Assembly: GCA_937906285.1 (NCBI GenBank)
Contig: CALCWL010000077.1
Span: forward strand, 101 to 64,100
DNA from: an uncultured Rhodanobacter sp.
GTDB taxonomy: Bacteria > Pseudomonadota > Gammaproteobacteria > Xanthomonadales > Rhodanobacteraceae
Length of the DNA stretch: 64,000 bases
Reading direction: 5' to 3'
The notes under the pieces were generated by a model. The model ran no database searches. It was not told the origin of the DNA and saw nothing but the letters and a program-made list of their open reading frames with translations. Every line of letters begins with the position of its first letter. The stretch's first letter is position 1. Made by a program: the position numbers and the translations under genes. Below are positions 28,601-38,018 of this stretch, piece after piece.

Positions 28601-29252
28601 TGGCGTTGTTGGCGCGCGTGAAGGTACGCGTCGCGGGCGAGCCGGTGAAATCGAAGCGCAGCGCGTCGCTGATCGCCACCGTGACGACCGCCGCCTTGTA
28701 GTCCTGGTCGGTGTTGTAGGTGAAGGTGCGCTCGACCACCGACACGGCGGTGGCGCGGATGTACTGCTCCTTCTGCGTCGGCAGGCCTTCGTTCTCGATC
28801 AGGACGAGGGTCTGGCCGACGTTGGGCACGGCGTCGCTCGGGCGCTGGAACAACTGCACCACGCGCTGGCCCGCGATGTGGTTCTCGAACAGATAGCCCG
28901 CCCACTCGGGGCCCTTGTTGAGGTAGGCCTCGATGCGGGTCTGCGCCTGCTCGCGGGTGTCGAAGGTCTTCTTGGTGGAGAACAGCGTGACGCTGACGCG
29001 CGCGTCCTGCGGCGGCTCGGCCACGATGACGTTGGCCCCGAAGTAGGTGTCGGTGTCGTCGGTGGCCACCTGCACGAAGCTCTTGCGCAGGTTGACGCGG
29101 CCTCCGGCGCGATCCAGCTCGGAGATGTCGGGGAAGATGGCATTCGAGACGCCGTCGGCGATCACGAGGCCCGTGGGTGCGCCGCCGCCTTCGGGCACGT
29201 CCGCCATCACGGCGGACTTCAGCAGTTTCACGTCGCCGGATTGAATCGGCAT
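25644..29252 (-). CDS. Large tail tip/central fibre protein
   Basis: 1202 aa, repeated G.I/V.Y..G beta motifs, downstream of the tape measure gene. Confidence 0.7.
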   Translation of the reverse strand: MPIQSGDVKLLKSAVMADVPEGGGAPTGLVIADGVSNAIFPDISELDRAGGRVNLRKSFVQVATDDTDTYFGANVIVAEPPQDARVSVTLFSTKKTFDTREQAQTRIEAYLNKGPEWAGYLFENHIAGQRVVQLFQRPSDAVPNVGQTLVLIENEGLPTQKEQYIRATAVSVVERTFTYNTDQDYKAAVVTVAISDALRFDFTGSPATRTFTRANNATRTRDTVVADAGTYVGVVPLTQAANVGDFTLKGASIYTQLVPSAQTETPISFVPPYAAAGLPVPGAAPVSYTASHAWNTTLKFNLPGGCLPGSLSIVTDGVTIFDDAGLLKTASGTLGTIDYANGILSLNSGSMSSAKSITYTPAASLQRAPQSSEIAVTPESRSQSYVGTVNPVPQPGTLSISYMAQGRWYVLSDGGNGSLKGLDASYGAGTFNKNTGAFVVTLGALPDVGSSLILTWNVPTQETQQPTAALKISQALQLAPPEGKSVQPGTLTITWPHESGTGTCTASAATSGMLSGAATGNLNVAQNLLSFAPNVLPPVGALLTVDYVAGPKQEDSFAHPSRDGQGKVPVTATLGSIEPGSLEIEWNTLTDTAVLGVYTLQQIQAMGLGLWNGVDPTQYARDDGAGNVLRSGVVIGSVNYATGAVQFQPDVTVKIPSPVYGAQRLGWAAGVGQMFRLNYGGISYVDAPSLYPNDESGYVKLRYNSAGSTSNHSETFAFSPSFRLVPGVNAQVVTGTVLLAIAGSQPWGDNGQGTLREFTPSGWITRGSINYLSGAVTLSSWSAGAANSITRASCVTTVGENISSEYVFRTGAAPLRPGSLSIQFARAVGGTQTVTAGIDGTISASGVSGNVDYDTGLVRVRFGTVVTAAGNETEPWFDAENVRADGKIFRPEPVAASSLRYSAVAYSYLPLDAALLGIDPVRLPSDGRVPIFRPGGFAVVGHTGRITTSVSNGQTIDCARVRLSRVRVVGNDGVVIHTGYVTDLEAGTVTFTNVAGYSQPVTIEHRIEDMAVVRDVQINGEISFTRPLTHAYPLASPGDPVSGSFVSSALVAGDLFARVNLVFDQSTWNGGWSDELVGSAATATFNHTQYPITVSNRGALTERWVVRMTNSTSFEVIGENVGVIATGNTSADCAPNNPATGVPYFRLPALGWGNGWATGNVLRFNTIGSQFPVWVVRTVQQGPESVPDDHFTLLIRGDVDTP

Positions 29253-29253
29253 C

Positions 29254-29661
29254 TCAAATCTCCAGGAATCGAAGGGTCAGGCGGTAGAAGTCGGAGCCGG
29301 ATCGCGCCGGAATGCCCAGCACGGGTTCGGCCTCGATGGCTGTCTCCGCGTGGCGGAAGGCGACCGTGAAGACGCGGCCATCGGTGAAGCTCAGTTCGAA
29401 GCGGCCCGTGGTGCCGCCCACCGGGATCGCCGCCCACGCACGCAACTGCTCGACGGTGGCGCGCGTCACCCACGCCATGTCGGGTGCGCCCGCCAAGGTG
29501 ATCGGGCGACCGGCCTGCCGGGTGGCGGACTGGATCAACAAGGCACCCGTGATGAGGTAGGACGTGGACGCCACGGCGGGCGACCACGCGTGCTCGTCGC
29601 TCCACAGCAAGTCGTCGGGCAATGGCAGAGACACCCCGGTGGTGAGGTTCTTCAGTTGCAT
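29254..29661 (-). CDS. Distal tail-type protein (putative)
   Basis: 135 aa directly after the tape measure gene. Confidence 0.6.
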   Translation of the reverse strand: MQLKNLTTGVSLPLPDDLLWSDEHAWSPAVASTSYLITGALLIQSATRQAGRPITLAGAPDMAWVTRATVEQLRAWAAIPVGGTTGRFELSFTDGRVFTVAFRHAETAIEAEPVLGIPARSGSDFYRLTLRFLEI

Positions 29662-29696
29662 CGGGAAATCTCAGACGAAGAAACAGGAATGCACGG

Positions 29697-32600
29697 TCAA
29701 GACGTGCGGGTGCGGGCCGTGGCCAGCAGTTGCAGAAGGCGGGATTCGTCGCGAGCGTCCACGGTGACGTTGACCGTGCTGTGGCCTGCGGCCAGTTCCA
29801 CGCGCACGGTGCGCGCGGGGCTGGCATCGGACAGCTGCGGGCGCGCGAGGTTCGCGGCTGCAGGCTGCACCAGGCCACCGGTGGCAAAACCCTGGATGCT
29901 GGCCAATGCGTTCCCGGCCAGCACCCGCGCTGGGGCGCTCAGGTTGTTGATGGCCTCGAAAAAGCCCACACCCAGGCGCGCCACCGCCGAGCGGTTGACC
30001 ACGTATTCGCCCGGCGTGAGCATCGCGGGCACGGTGTCGGACTTCGACAGCCCGCCGCGCCGGTAGAACTCGCCCTGGTTCTCTTCCATGTAGTCGATCA
30101 GCTCGCGCTCCAGGTCTTGCTTGCTGTTGTTCATGGCCCATTGCCAGCGCTCGGCAATCGTCGTCAGCGCCCCCTTCTCCCGGCTCGTCAAGGTCTTGAG
30201 TGCCTCCATGCGTTCGAGCACAGGCTTGTCCAGGTTCCACAGCTTCGACCAGTGATTGCGCGTGGCCTGATTGGCAATCGGACCGCCCCAACTGCCGGTG
30301 TTGATGCTCTGCATGCCCAGTTCCATCATCTTTTGCGCCTGGACGACTTCGCGGTTTTTCTTGGGCGTTCCACCACCCACAAAGCCACCGGTGGCAAAGC
30401 GCGCGACACCACTGGCCAACCGCGAGAGCGCGCCGCTGCCGTACTTCTGCACGGCTGCCTTGCGGATCACGAAGGCACCGGCGTCCAGCGTGCGCGGCAC
30501 GGTGTCGTGGTGGCCGGAGCCGGGCACCGAGCCACCGCTCATCCGGGGAAAGGCCGGAGCCACCGCGCCACCGTCGGCAAAGTGACGGACACCACCACCC
30601 GCGCCACCGACCAGACCGCCCGTGGCATTGGTTTCCACCTTGGTCACATAGATGGTGTGGGTGCTGGAGGTGTTGCGCCCGTTGAGGCTGTCGATCTCCG
30701 CGCGTACCGCACCGACGTTGCTGGCCACCTGATGCTGAGATTCGGTCTGAATGCGATCCAGCGCCTTGATCATCCCCTCGACATTGGTGATGGCCGCCTG
30801 CGCCTTCTCGGTCGCCACCTTCAGCTCGAATTGCGCGTTCTGGTCGGCGTAGGTCTTGAGCTTGTCCAGCGCTTCCTTCGCCTTGGACACGTCGGCATCG
30901 ACCGGCAGCGTCTTGCCTTCCTTCAGGAGCGCCTCGTATTCCTTGAGCTTCTTCTCCGCTTCCTGCAGGTCGGCCTGGATCTGGAGCAGGTACTCCTTTT
31001 CCGCCAGGGCCTTGTCCAGATCGGCGATGGCCTTGTCGAAGCGCGTGGTGTCGGCGTCGAGCGTGACCTTCAGACCGTCCTTGAGCTTGGCGGTGATGTC
31101 GTCGATCTGGCGTGTGGTCTCGGTCAGCGTGCGCTGAATCTCATCGCGTGCGATGATCGCCGAGCGTGCCGCCGTCTGGTGCGCCTTCGCTTCGGCGTCC
31201 AGCGTCTGGTTGAGGATTTCCTCGGACTGGCGGATGCGGTCGATGGCGTCGCGCACGCCCTGTTTGCCTTGCGCGGCCTGCGCATCGGCGTCCTTGGCCT
31301 TCTGCGCCAGTTCGGCGCGCAGCTGATCGGCCTGCCGCATCAGGTCGGCGGCCTGCTGGTATTCCTGCCTGCGGTAGGCCTCGCGCGACTGCGCTTCCAG
31401 TTGCGTGACCTGTGACACCGCCTGTTCGGACTGCTTGCGCGCTTCCTCGCCGCGCTTGGCCTCGTTGGTCTGGCTGGTGGCCACCTGCGCGGCCATGTCC
31501 ATCGCCTTCTGCGCGAGCTGACGGGCAAGCTCCAACTCGCCGTTGGCCAGCGCCCGGCGCGCCTGCTCCTGCATCTCGGCGATCTGGCGCTTGCGATCCT
31601 CGGTGGCCTCGTACTCCGTCATGCCCTGACGGCGGATGTCGCGGATGCGCTCCTCCGTGGACATCGACAACTGGCGCTTGGCTTCCTCGATGCGCTGCAC
31701 TTCGGCCAGATGCCGGTTGGCTTCGGCGTTGAGCGCGTCGATGTGCTGGCGGTACTCGGAGAGCGCCTGCGTCAAGGTCTGGCGCTTGGTGGCGAGGATG
31801 TCGTTCTCGACCCGCTGCACGTTGGCGCGGCGCTCTTCCTCGGTCTGGCCTTGCCGGGCAGCGGCGTCCTTGCGCGCCTGCGTTTCCTGATCGATCAGGC
31901 CGAGCGTCTCGGTCGTGGCCTGACGGCGCAGGGTGGCCTGCTGCGTCAGCGCCTCGGTGAGCAGCTGGGTGGATTTGGTGATCTTGGCGGTTTCGGACTG
32001 CTGGGTGAGGTCGAGCGCCGCCTTCTCCTGCTCGTAGCGGTTCTTCACCGCCTGCACCTGCTGCGCGAGGCTGGCCTCGACGATGGAGGTCAGCCCCTTG
32101 TAGGCCTCGGCCATCTTGGCGGTGGCGTCGTTGACCACGCCTTGGGCCTTGCCCACCGCCTGTTCGACCTCGCCCAGCCGGGACTTGAGCTTTTCCAGCG
32201 CGGCGTGCACCGCCTCGATGCCGCGTCCGACCGCTTCCTGCGTGCCCTGGCGCACGGCTTCGAGCCGCTTGGCGATCTCCTCGGCGGCGGTCGCGGCGGT
32301 GTTCATCGCGCCCTTGGCCGCGTTCGCGCCTTCGGTGGCGTCGGCGTACATCTCGGCGAAGATGCGATTCATCTCCGCGAGCCGCTGCTCGTGGCGCTTC
32401 GTGGCTTCGGCGATGGTGTCGGAGCTGAAGATGGCTGCGAACACTTCCCACTGGAAGCGCAGGTGCTCGATGCCCTTCATCAGCACCTCGACCATGAAGA
32501 TGCCCGCCTTGCGGACGATCTCGAACTTCTCCGACAGCCACGTGCCGATCTCCCAGCCGATGATGGCCGCGCCGAGGACGCCGAAAGCCACGCGCAGCTT

Positions 32601-33665
32601 GCCCACCGGGGCGATGGCATTGGAGAGCGACAGGTTCGCCGTCGCCCACGCCGCCGCCGTGGTGCTGGCCGCCGTCACTGCTGCCGCGCCCGCCGTCTGC
32701 CACGCGATGATCAGCGCCGGGATCAGGCGGTAGACCAGCACCGCGAGCCCGACCTCGGCGATGCGCCCCAGCCACTTCATCACCGTGTCCAGATTCTCCG
32801 ACAGCCACGTCAGCGCCTCGGCGAACCTCTTGGTGAAGCCGGTCGATTCGTCGAGTTTGCTGATCCACTGGCCGAAGGCGTTCGACAGGCGCGTGAAGGC
32901 CTGGCTGACGGTCATCGGCAGTTGCGCGTACTCAGCGGCCAGCTTGTCCTTCTGGCTCATCAGCGCGTTGACCACCACGTCGGCGGTGAGCCGCCCTTCC
33001 TCGGCGAGCTTGCGCAGCCGTCCGATGGGAACGTTCAGGCCATCGGCGAGCGCCTTGGCCAGACGCGGGCTGTTCTCGACGACGGAGTTGAATTCCTCGC
33101 CGCGCAGCACGCCCGAGGCCAAGGCCTGCCCGAACTGCAGCAGGGACGACTGCGCCTCGGTGGCCGATGCGCCGGAGATGCGCAGCGCCTGCGAGATGCT
33201 CTCGGTGAGCGAGAGCGCGTCCTTCTGCTCGCCGCCCAGCATCCGCACGGCCTGCTGGAGCTTGCCGTAGAGCGTGGCCGTCTCCTGGATCGGCACGCCG
33301 ATGCGCTGCGCGATGGCGAACAGCTCCTTCTGCGCGACCGCGTATTCGCGCTGGCCTGCGGTGGCGAGCTTGAGGCGCGCGGACATCATGTTCCAGGCGT
33401 CGGCGATCTGGACGATCTCCTGCACCTTGCCCGCCGCCCAGTTGAGGGTGAGGAAGGCCAGCAACTGCGTCTTGGCCTTGGCGACCTGATCGCCGAAGGC
33501 GTTCATTCCGGCCTTGACCTCGGCCATCCCGGCGGCGGCCTTGTCGCCTGCGGTCTTGGCGCTGGAGCCGAACCCGCCGAGGCTGCGTTCGGCCGAGGTG
33601 ATGGCGCGTTTGAGCCCCTCGTCGGCCCCTTCGAGCGCGACGAGGATGGAAATGCGGTTCGCCAT
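29697..33665 (-). CDS. Tail tape measure protein
   Basis: QFGQALASGVLRGEEFNSVVENSPRL tape-measure domain; long Ala/Gln/Glu coiled coil. Confidence 0.93.
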   Translation of the reverse strand: MANRISILVALEGADEGLKRAITSAERSLGGFGSSAKTAGDKAAAGMAEVKAGMNAFGDQVAKAKTQLLAFLTLNWAAGKVQEIVQIADAWNMMSARLKLATAGQREYAVAQKELFAIAQRIGVPIQETATLYGKLQQAVRMLGGEQKDALSLTESISQALRISGASATEAQSSLLQFGQALASGVLRGEEFNSVVENSPRLAKALADGLNVPIGRLRKLAEEGRLTADVVVNALMSQKDKLAAEYAQLPMTVSQAFTRLSNAFGQWISKLDESTGFTKRFAEALTWLSENLDTVMKWLGRIAEVGLAVLVYRLIPALIIAWQTAGAAAVTAASTTAAAWATANLSLSNAIAPVGKLRVAFGVLGAAIIGWEIGTWLSEKFEIVRKAGIFMVEVLMKGIEHLRFQWEVFAAIFSSDTIAEATKRHEQRLAEMNRIFAEMYADATEGANAAKGAMNTAATAAEEIAKRLEAVRQGTQEAVGRGIEAVHAALEKLKSRLGEVEQAVGKAQGVVNDATAKMAEAYKGLTSIVEASLAQQVQAVKNRYEQEKAALDLTQQSETAKITKSTQLLTEALTQQATLRRQATTETLGLIDQETQARKDAAARQGQTEEERRANVQRVENDILATKRQTLTQALSEYRQHIDALNAEANRHLAEVQRIEEAKRQLSMSTEERIRDIRRQGMTEYEATEDRKRQIAEMQEQARRALANGELELARQLAQKAMDMAAQVATSQTNEAKRGEEARKQSEQAVSQVTQLEAQSREAYRRQEYQQAADLMRQADQLRAELAQKAKDADAQAAQGKQGVRDAIDRIRQSEEILNQTLDAEAKAHQTAARSAIIARDEIQRTLTETTRQIDDITAKLKDGLKVTLDADTTRFDKAIADLDKALAEKEYLLQIQADLQEAEKKLKEYEALLKEGKTLPVDADVSKAKEALDKLKTYADQNAQFELKVATEKAQAAITNVEGMIKALDRIQTESQHQVASNVGAVRAEIDSLNGRNTSSTHTIYVTKVETNATGGLVGGAGGGVRHFADGGAVAPAFPRMSGGSVPGSGHHDTVPRTLDAGAFVIRKAAVQKYGSGALSRLASGVARFATGGFVGGGTPKKNREVVQAQKMMELGMQSINTGSWGGPIANQATRNHWSKLWNLDKPVLERMEALKTLTSREKGALTTIAERWQWAMNNSKQDLERELIDYMEENQGEFYRRGGLSKSDTVPAMLTPGEYVVNRSAVARLGVGFFEAINNLSAPARVLAGNALASIQGFATGGLVQPAAANLARPQLSDASPARTVRVELAAGHSTVNVTVDARDESRLLQLLATARTRTS

Positions 33666-33666
33666 T

Positions 33667-34311
33667 TCAGTCCACCAACCGCAACTGCTTCTCGATGCGC
33701 GCGGAGAGGCGCGGGATGCGAGCGGCGACGATGCGCTCGACGTTCAGGCGCTTCTTGAGCACGACCTTGGGCACCAGCACGGCGATGGGCACGTCCGCGC
33801 CGCGCTTGAGGCGCTTGACGCCCTCGGCCTTGCGGTAGCGGCGCTTGAAGCCCGACAGTGGCCGGTCGTGTTCCTTGATGTTCTCGGCCATCAGCACGAT
33901 GTTCCCCTTGGCGTTCTTGATGAAATAGGCATTGCCGCCGCGCATCAGCTCGGCGATCTGCGCCTTGAAGCGTTTGCTGCCCACGCGCCCGTGCAGCGGG
34001 ATCAGCATCCGGCCACCGATGACGCCGCCACGCTCGTGGATGCCAGACCACGGGATGCGCGAGCCGACGTAGAGCGCGGGCAGCCGACTCCGATCCTTGT
34101 CCAGCACCTTGGCGGTGAAGCCCTTGACGAAGGACTTCTTGACCACCGCCATCTGGCCCGCGACGTGGCTGCGCACGTCCTGCTTGAGCTCGGCGGCCTC
34201 GCTGGCGATGCCGCGCGCGACCGCCTGCTTGACCTTGTCGCGGAACTCGCCGCCCCAGCGGCGCAGTTGCGCCTGCGCGGCCTTGCTATCGATGCGAACC
34301 GAGATGCGCAT
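33667..34311 (-). CDS. Tail-region basic protein (DUF6441-like)
   Basis: 214 aa, Arg/Lys-rich, VPIAVLVPKVVLKKRLNV. Confidence 0.6.
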   Translation of the reverse strand: MRISVRIDSKAAQAQLRRWGGEFRDKVKQAVARGIASEAAELKQDVRSHVAGQMAVVKKSFVKGFTAKVLDKDRSRLPALYVGSRIPWSGIHERGGVIGGRMLIPLHGRVGSKRFKAQIAELMRGGNAYFIKNAKGNIVLMAENIKEHDRPLSGFKRRYRKAEGVKRLKRGADVPIAVLVPKVVLKKRLNVERIVAARIPRLSARIEKQLRLVD

Positions 34312-34606
34312 GGCTGATTGCCTGATCGGTGAGCCTGTCGAGGGTCTGGTCAAGGTGACGGGCTTCGCCGCGTGCGCCGATGGCGATCAGCGAGAGCAGC
34401 CGCGCATCGCGTGCGGCGTCCTCCCGCGCGGCGGCGGCGGCGAAGCCGCGCACCTGCGCCAAGGTGTAGCCGAAGATGTCCGGCAACCGGTGGCCGTGGG
34501 CGATCAGGTGCTGGACGGTGTCGAACCAGCCGTGGCCATTGCTGCCGTCGCGCCCGTCTGCGCGATCAGCCCGTCGAGCCGAGGCATCACCGTCCGGGTA
34601 AAAAAA
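34286..34606 (-). CDS. Tail assembly chaperone C-terminal extension (gpT-like, -1 frameshift product)
   Basis: -1 frame is open from the T7 run at 34600-34606 to the stop at 34286. Confidence 0.65.
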   Translation of the reverse strand, partial: FFYPDGDASARRADRADGRDGSNGHGWFDTVQHLIAHGHRLPDIFGYTLAQVRGFAAAAAREDAARDARLLSLIAIGARGEARHLDQTLDRLTDQAISHAHLGSHR

Positions 34607-34902
34607 TCGGCGTTGACCTCGATCACCTTGGCCGCGAGCAGAATCGCCTCGTCGGCGGCCAGCTCATCGACCCACGCGCGCGGTTTGCCGACGGCAATCG
34701 ACACCGCCGTCAGCAGGTCGTCGCCGCGCTCGCCGAACAGCGCCAGCCAGTCGATACCATCGCCTCCGATCTGTTGCATCACCGGCGTGATGGCGCGCAG
34801 GAAGGCGGGCATCTGGCCGACCTTGAGCGGCTTGATGGCCAGCGGCTCGCCGTCGATGACCAGTTCCACCGCCTGCGGGATGAGGGTTTCCAGATCGCTC
34901 AT
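34504..34902 (-). CDS. Tail assembly chaperone (gpG-like)
   Basis: Between tail tube and tape measure genes; contains a slippery site at NADFF. Confidence 0.75.
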   Translation of the reverse strand: MSDLETLIPQAVELVIDGEPLAIKPLKVGQMPAFLRAITPVMQQIGGDGIDWLALFGERGDDLLTAVSIAVGKPRAWVDELAADEAILLAAKVIEVNADFFTRTVMPRLDGLIAQTGATAAMATAGSTPSST

Positions 34903-34913
34903 GGCAGCCCCCA

Positions 34914-35666
34914 TCACAGTTGCACGATGCGGCCGAACTGGCCGAGCACCGCGTCATAGGGTTTGGTGGTGTCGGCCAGCAGCGAGCCTTCCAGCTCGAA
35001 CTTGTTGTACTCGTCCGAGATGAAGGAGATCTCCTTCAGCGGATCGAAGGCCACGCGGTACAGCTCCACCAGCACCTTGGCGTTGCCCTGCGCGGTGTTG
35101 ACGCCTTCCAGGCGCAGGAACCGTTCGGGCAGCGCCTGCGTGAAGATGCCGATCTCGGTGGCAACACCGTAGCTGTAGGCCGCCTTGAACGGCGCGGTGA
35201 AGCCGGTGGTATCCAGAAACTGGAGGGCACCGAAGTCGGTGTCGGCGGTGTAGTGCGTGCCTGCGGTCAGCGTCGCGGGCGTGCCCGCCGAGTCGGTCAC
35301 CACCAGCGCCGACACCTTCGGGTGCGCGAAGAAGTAGCGGTCGCCGACCACGGGCGCAGCACCGCCGATGGGTTCGGCGGTCACCGTGCCGGTGCTGCCG
35401 GTGACGTGGTTGCCGTAGAGGGCCAGGGCGAGGTTTTCTTTTGTGAACTCCTCGATGGTGAGGTTCACGGTGGCCGACTTCTGCTTGACCATCCGGTGGT
35501 CGAGCGAGCGCTGGCCGGTCTGGCTCTCGTAGTGCTCCAGCACGTCGGTCTTGAGCGAGAGCTTCAACTCGGCGACGTTGCCGGGCGAGCGCACTTCGAT
35601 GGGCAGGCCGTCGATATCGCGCTTGCCGAGGAAGACGCGGCCTTGGAACGATGCATAGGTGCTCAT
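34914..35666 (-). CDS. Major tail tube protein
   Basis: 250 aa, position after the head-tail joining genes, beta-rich. Confidence 0.75.
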   Translation of the reverse strand: MSTYASFQGRVFLGKRDIDGLPIEVRSPGNVAELKLSLKTDVLEHYESQTGQRSLDHRMVKQKSATVNLTIEEFTKENLALALYGNHVTGSTGTVTAEPIGGAAPVVGDRYFFAHPKVSALVVTDSAGTPATLTAGTHYTADTDFGALQFLDTTGFTAPFKAAYSYGVATEIGIFTQALPERFLRLEGVNTAQGNAKVLVELYRVAFDPLKEISFISDEYNKFELEGSLLADTTKPYDAVLGQFGRIVQL

Positions 35667-35875
35667 GATTTGGATTCCTTGCGTTGGGTGGTTTTGGGTT
35701 CGATGGGGGTGCCGTCGCCTTCCGGCTGCGGCACGGGTGCGGGCTGGCGGTCGTGGCGGGCGATGCCATTGGCGATGAGCCAGTCGGCGGTGCCGCTTTC
35801 CACGTCAAGCCGTTCGCCCGGCTGGAGCGGCATGCCCGCGTGGGTGTGTGGGCGGATCAAAACGAGTGATGTCAT
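35663..35875 (-). CDS. Small virion-associated hypothetical protein
   Basis: HTHAG...PGERLDV...ADWLIANG; ATGA overlap with the tail tube gene. Confidence 0.55.
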   Translation of the reverse strand: MTSLVLIRPHTHAGMPLQPGERLDVESGTADWLIANGIARHDRQPAPVPQPEGDGTPIEPKTTQRKESKS

Positions 35876-35880
35876 GGGTG

Positions 35881-36327
35881 TCATCCCTTGGTTGAAAGAT
35901 CGGTGCCGAGCGTCCGGTAGGTGATCGCGTAGCGCGCGGGAATAGCGGCGGCCACCGCGTCGGCGTCCTCGACGTCCCATTCGCATTCCTGCTCGCGGAT
36001 GCCAAGGCACAAGCCGCCCAGATTCCGGTCGGCCAGCAGCGCGGCGTGAGCGGCGGTGAGCAGCCGGTCGGCTTCTGTCTCCGGAATCGCGGGCGGCACC
36101 GCGCGTGCCAGCGCGACGAGGCGCACGATCAGTTCGCGCGTGACGCGGTCGTTGGCGCGCTCGGTGATGGATTCGGACTCGGGGAACACCACCAGCGCCG
36201 GGCATTGCTCCCGGCTGATGGCCACCGTGGGCGAGCGGTGCAAGGTCGCCCCAAGCGATTCCACCGGCGTGCGGACGGCCGCCATCACCGCGAGCAGAAT
36301 CTGTTCGCGGATCGAGTTGCCGGACAC
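35881..36327 (-). CDS. Tail terminator-like protein
   Basis: SIREQILLAV N-terminus, 148 aa, position. Confidence 0.6.
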   Translation of the reverse strand: MSGNSIREQILLAVMAAVRTPVESLGATLHRSPTVAISREQCPALVVFPESESITERANDRVTRELIVRLVALARAVPPAIPETEADRLLTAAHAALLADRNLGGLCLGIREQECEWDVEDADAVAAAIPARYAITYRTLGTDLSTKG

Positions 36328-36330
36328 GGG

Positions 36331-36633
36331 TCAGAGTCTCGTGAGCTTGGCGCGCATCTCCGAGCCATCGCCCACGGCCCGGATGTCGCGCACCTGATAG
36401 ATCACGCTGCCGATCTCCACCGTGTCGCGCGGGGCCAGACCCATAAACACCGACGCCGGATACGACATCTGGTGGTCGGTGGTCGAGGCCAGCCCATCGA
36501 ACACGGTGTCGTCGGGCGCGGCGAAGCCCACTGGATGCTGCTGGGCGAGACTGCCATCCGACGGTTGCCAGCGGCACTCCCTGAGCAGCCCAGCGTTACC
36601 CGCTGAGGCGTAGATCTGTTCCACGATGCCCAT
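36331..36633 (-). CDS. Head-tail joining protein (FII-like)
   Basis: 100 aa beta-rich, follows the capsid gene. Confidence 0.6.
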   Translation of the reverse strand: MGIVEQIYASAGNAGLLRECRWQPSDGSLAQQHPVGFAAPDDTVFDGLASTTDHQMSYPASVFMGLAPRDTVEIGSVIYQVRDIRAVGDGSEMRAKLTRL

Positions 36634-37637
36634 CACGCCACCGTCAGCTTGACCAACACGCCGGGGCGATGGCACATCGGCAGCGGGTTGGACTGCGTGT
36701 GCAGGTCGGTGCCCCGGTCGAACTTGCGCGGCTCCTGCTTGGCGTACAGCGGCTGGCCCACCGTGTTGACGGTCTCGTTGAAGTCCGCCGGTGCGAAGTA
36801 GGTGCCGAAGGTGTCGATGGTGCCCAGCGGGAAAGCGTGGGCCTCACCGGCGGCGATGAAGCGGCGGGCGGTGCCACTGGCATCGGTGGCCTGGCCCCGG
36901 TACTCCTCGAAGGTGATTCCGCCGTAGGTGAAGCCGCGACGCACGTCGTTGATGAGGATGGCCCCGTTCTGCCAGTTCTCGAACGCCTTCTCGACCTTGG
37001 CGTGACCGGTGAGCGCAGCGAAGAACTCCGCCGAACACAGGCAATGGACGCCGTTCATGAACTCGCCCTTGAGGTTCTCCTCGATGGTCGCCAGCACCGT
37101 GGTGCATTTGGCTTTGACGTTGGTTCCCGCCGTGCCCAACTCGAAGGCCACGGTCTGCTGGGCGATCTCGAAGGCATCGAACAGGTCGTAGAGCACCGAG
37201 CCATCGGCATCGAGGATCACGCCCTTGAGCGCGCCGACGCGCAGGTGCTCCAAGGTGATCGCGTGCTTGTTGCGCATCGTCTCCAGATGGCGCGCGACGA
37301 CGCCCGCGACCGTCTCGGTTTCGGTTTCCGAACCGAAGGCGCGGATGCCTTGCACTTCCTCGGGCAGCACCACGTCGTCGTGCGGGATGTGCGGCACGAC
37401 GAAGGAACGCAGCTTGCGCTTGCCGCGCACGCCGACCGTGCCGGGCGAGCCCGGCGGCAGCGTGGGCAGCAGGTTGAGCACGCCGTTCATTTCCTCGACG
37501 ACGATCTGGCGCTGGCGCACCGGCTTGGGCGGCATCAGGTTCAGTTCTTCCAGACGGCCGTAGCGGTTGGGTAGGATGTTGATGGCGGCGGTCAGCGCGG
37601 CCATCGAGAAGGCGGGATTGCTGAAGGGGTTGTTCAT
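36633..37637 (-). CDS. Major capsid protein (lambda gpE family)
   Basis: 334 aa; QSNPLP C-terminal motif; follows the decoration protein. Confidence 0.9.
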   Translation of the reverse strand: MNNPFSNPAFSMAALTAAINILPNRYGRLEELNLMPPKPVRQRQIVVEEMNGVLNLLPTLPPGSPGTVGVRGKRKLRSFVVPHIPHDDVVLPEEVQGIRAFGSETETETVAGVVARHLETMRNKHAITLEHLRVGALKGVILDADGSVLYDLFDAFEIAQQTVAFELGTAGTNVKAKCTTVLATIEENLKGEFMNGVHCLCSAEFFAALTGHAKVEKAFENWQNGAILINDVRRGFTYGGITFEEYRGQATDASGTARRFIAAGEAHAFPLGTIDTFGTYFAPADFNETVNTVGQPLYAKQEPRKFDRGTDLHTQSNPLPMCHRPGVLVKLTVA

Positions 37638-37639
37638 GG

Positions 37640-38017
37640 TCAGGCTCCTTGACGGACGAGGACGCCCAGCGCCTTGAGCTGCGCAATGGCGGTGAGTTGT
37701 TCGGCGGTGGTGATGGCATCGGGCCACGCGAGCGCGTGATGGGCGACGACGGCGTGGCGCGCGACGACGAGGCCGTCATCGCGGTCGATCAAAGTGGCAT
37801 CGCAGGCTTGCAGCAGCACGCCTGCGGCGACCTGCGTGCCGTCCTCGGCGGACGGATCGATCTGCTTGTATTTGCCACTGGCGGTGACGATGCCGAGCAC
37901 CGTTCCCAGCGGCAGGTTTTGACCCGATGCGACCGTGACGCGGTCGCGCGAGTAGAGGTTGGGTGCTTCGTACTTGAGCAGGTCGCCCAGGTTCAGGGGT
38001 TCGGCGAGAACGGACAT
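37640..38017 (-). CDS. Head decoration protein (gpD-like)
   Basis: SRDRVTVASG..LPLGTVLG...DGTQVAAGVL. Confidence 0.85.
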   Translation of the reverse strand: MSVLAEPLNLGDLLKYEAPNLYSRDRVTVASGQNLPLGTVLGIVTASGKYKQIDPSAEDGTQVAAGVLLQACDATLIDRDDGLVVARHAVVAHHALAWPDAITTAEQLTAIAQLKALGVLVRQGA

Positions 38018-38018
38018 T

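Noticed and set aside
20863..29252. Diversity-generating retroelement or invertible tail-fibre cassette
   Set aside because: No reverse transcriptase, invertase or TR/VR repeat pair seen
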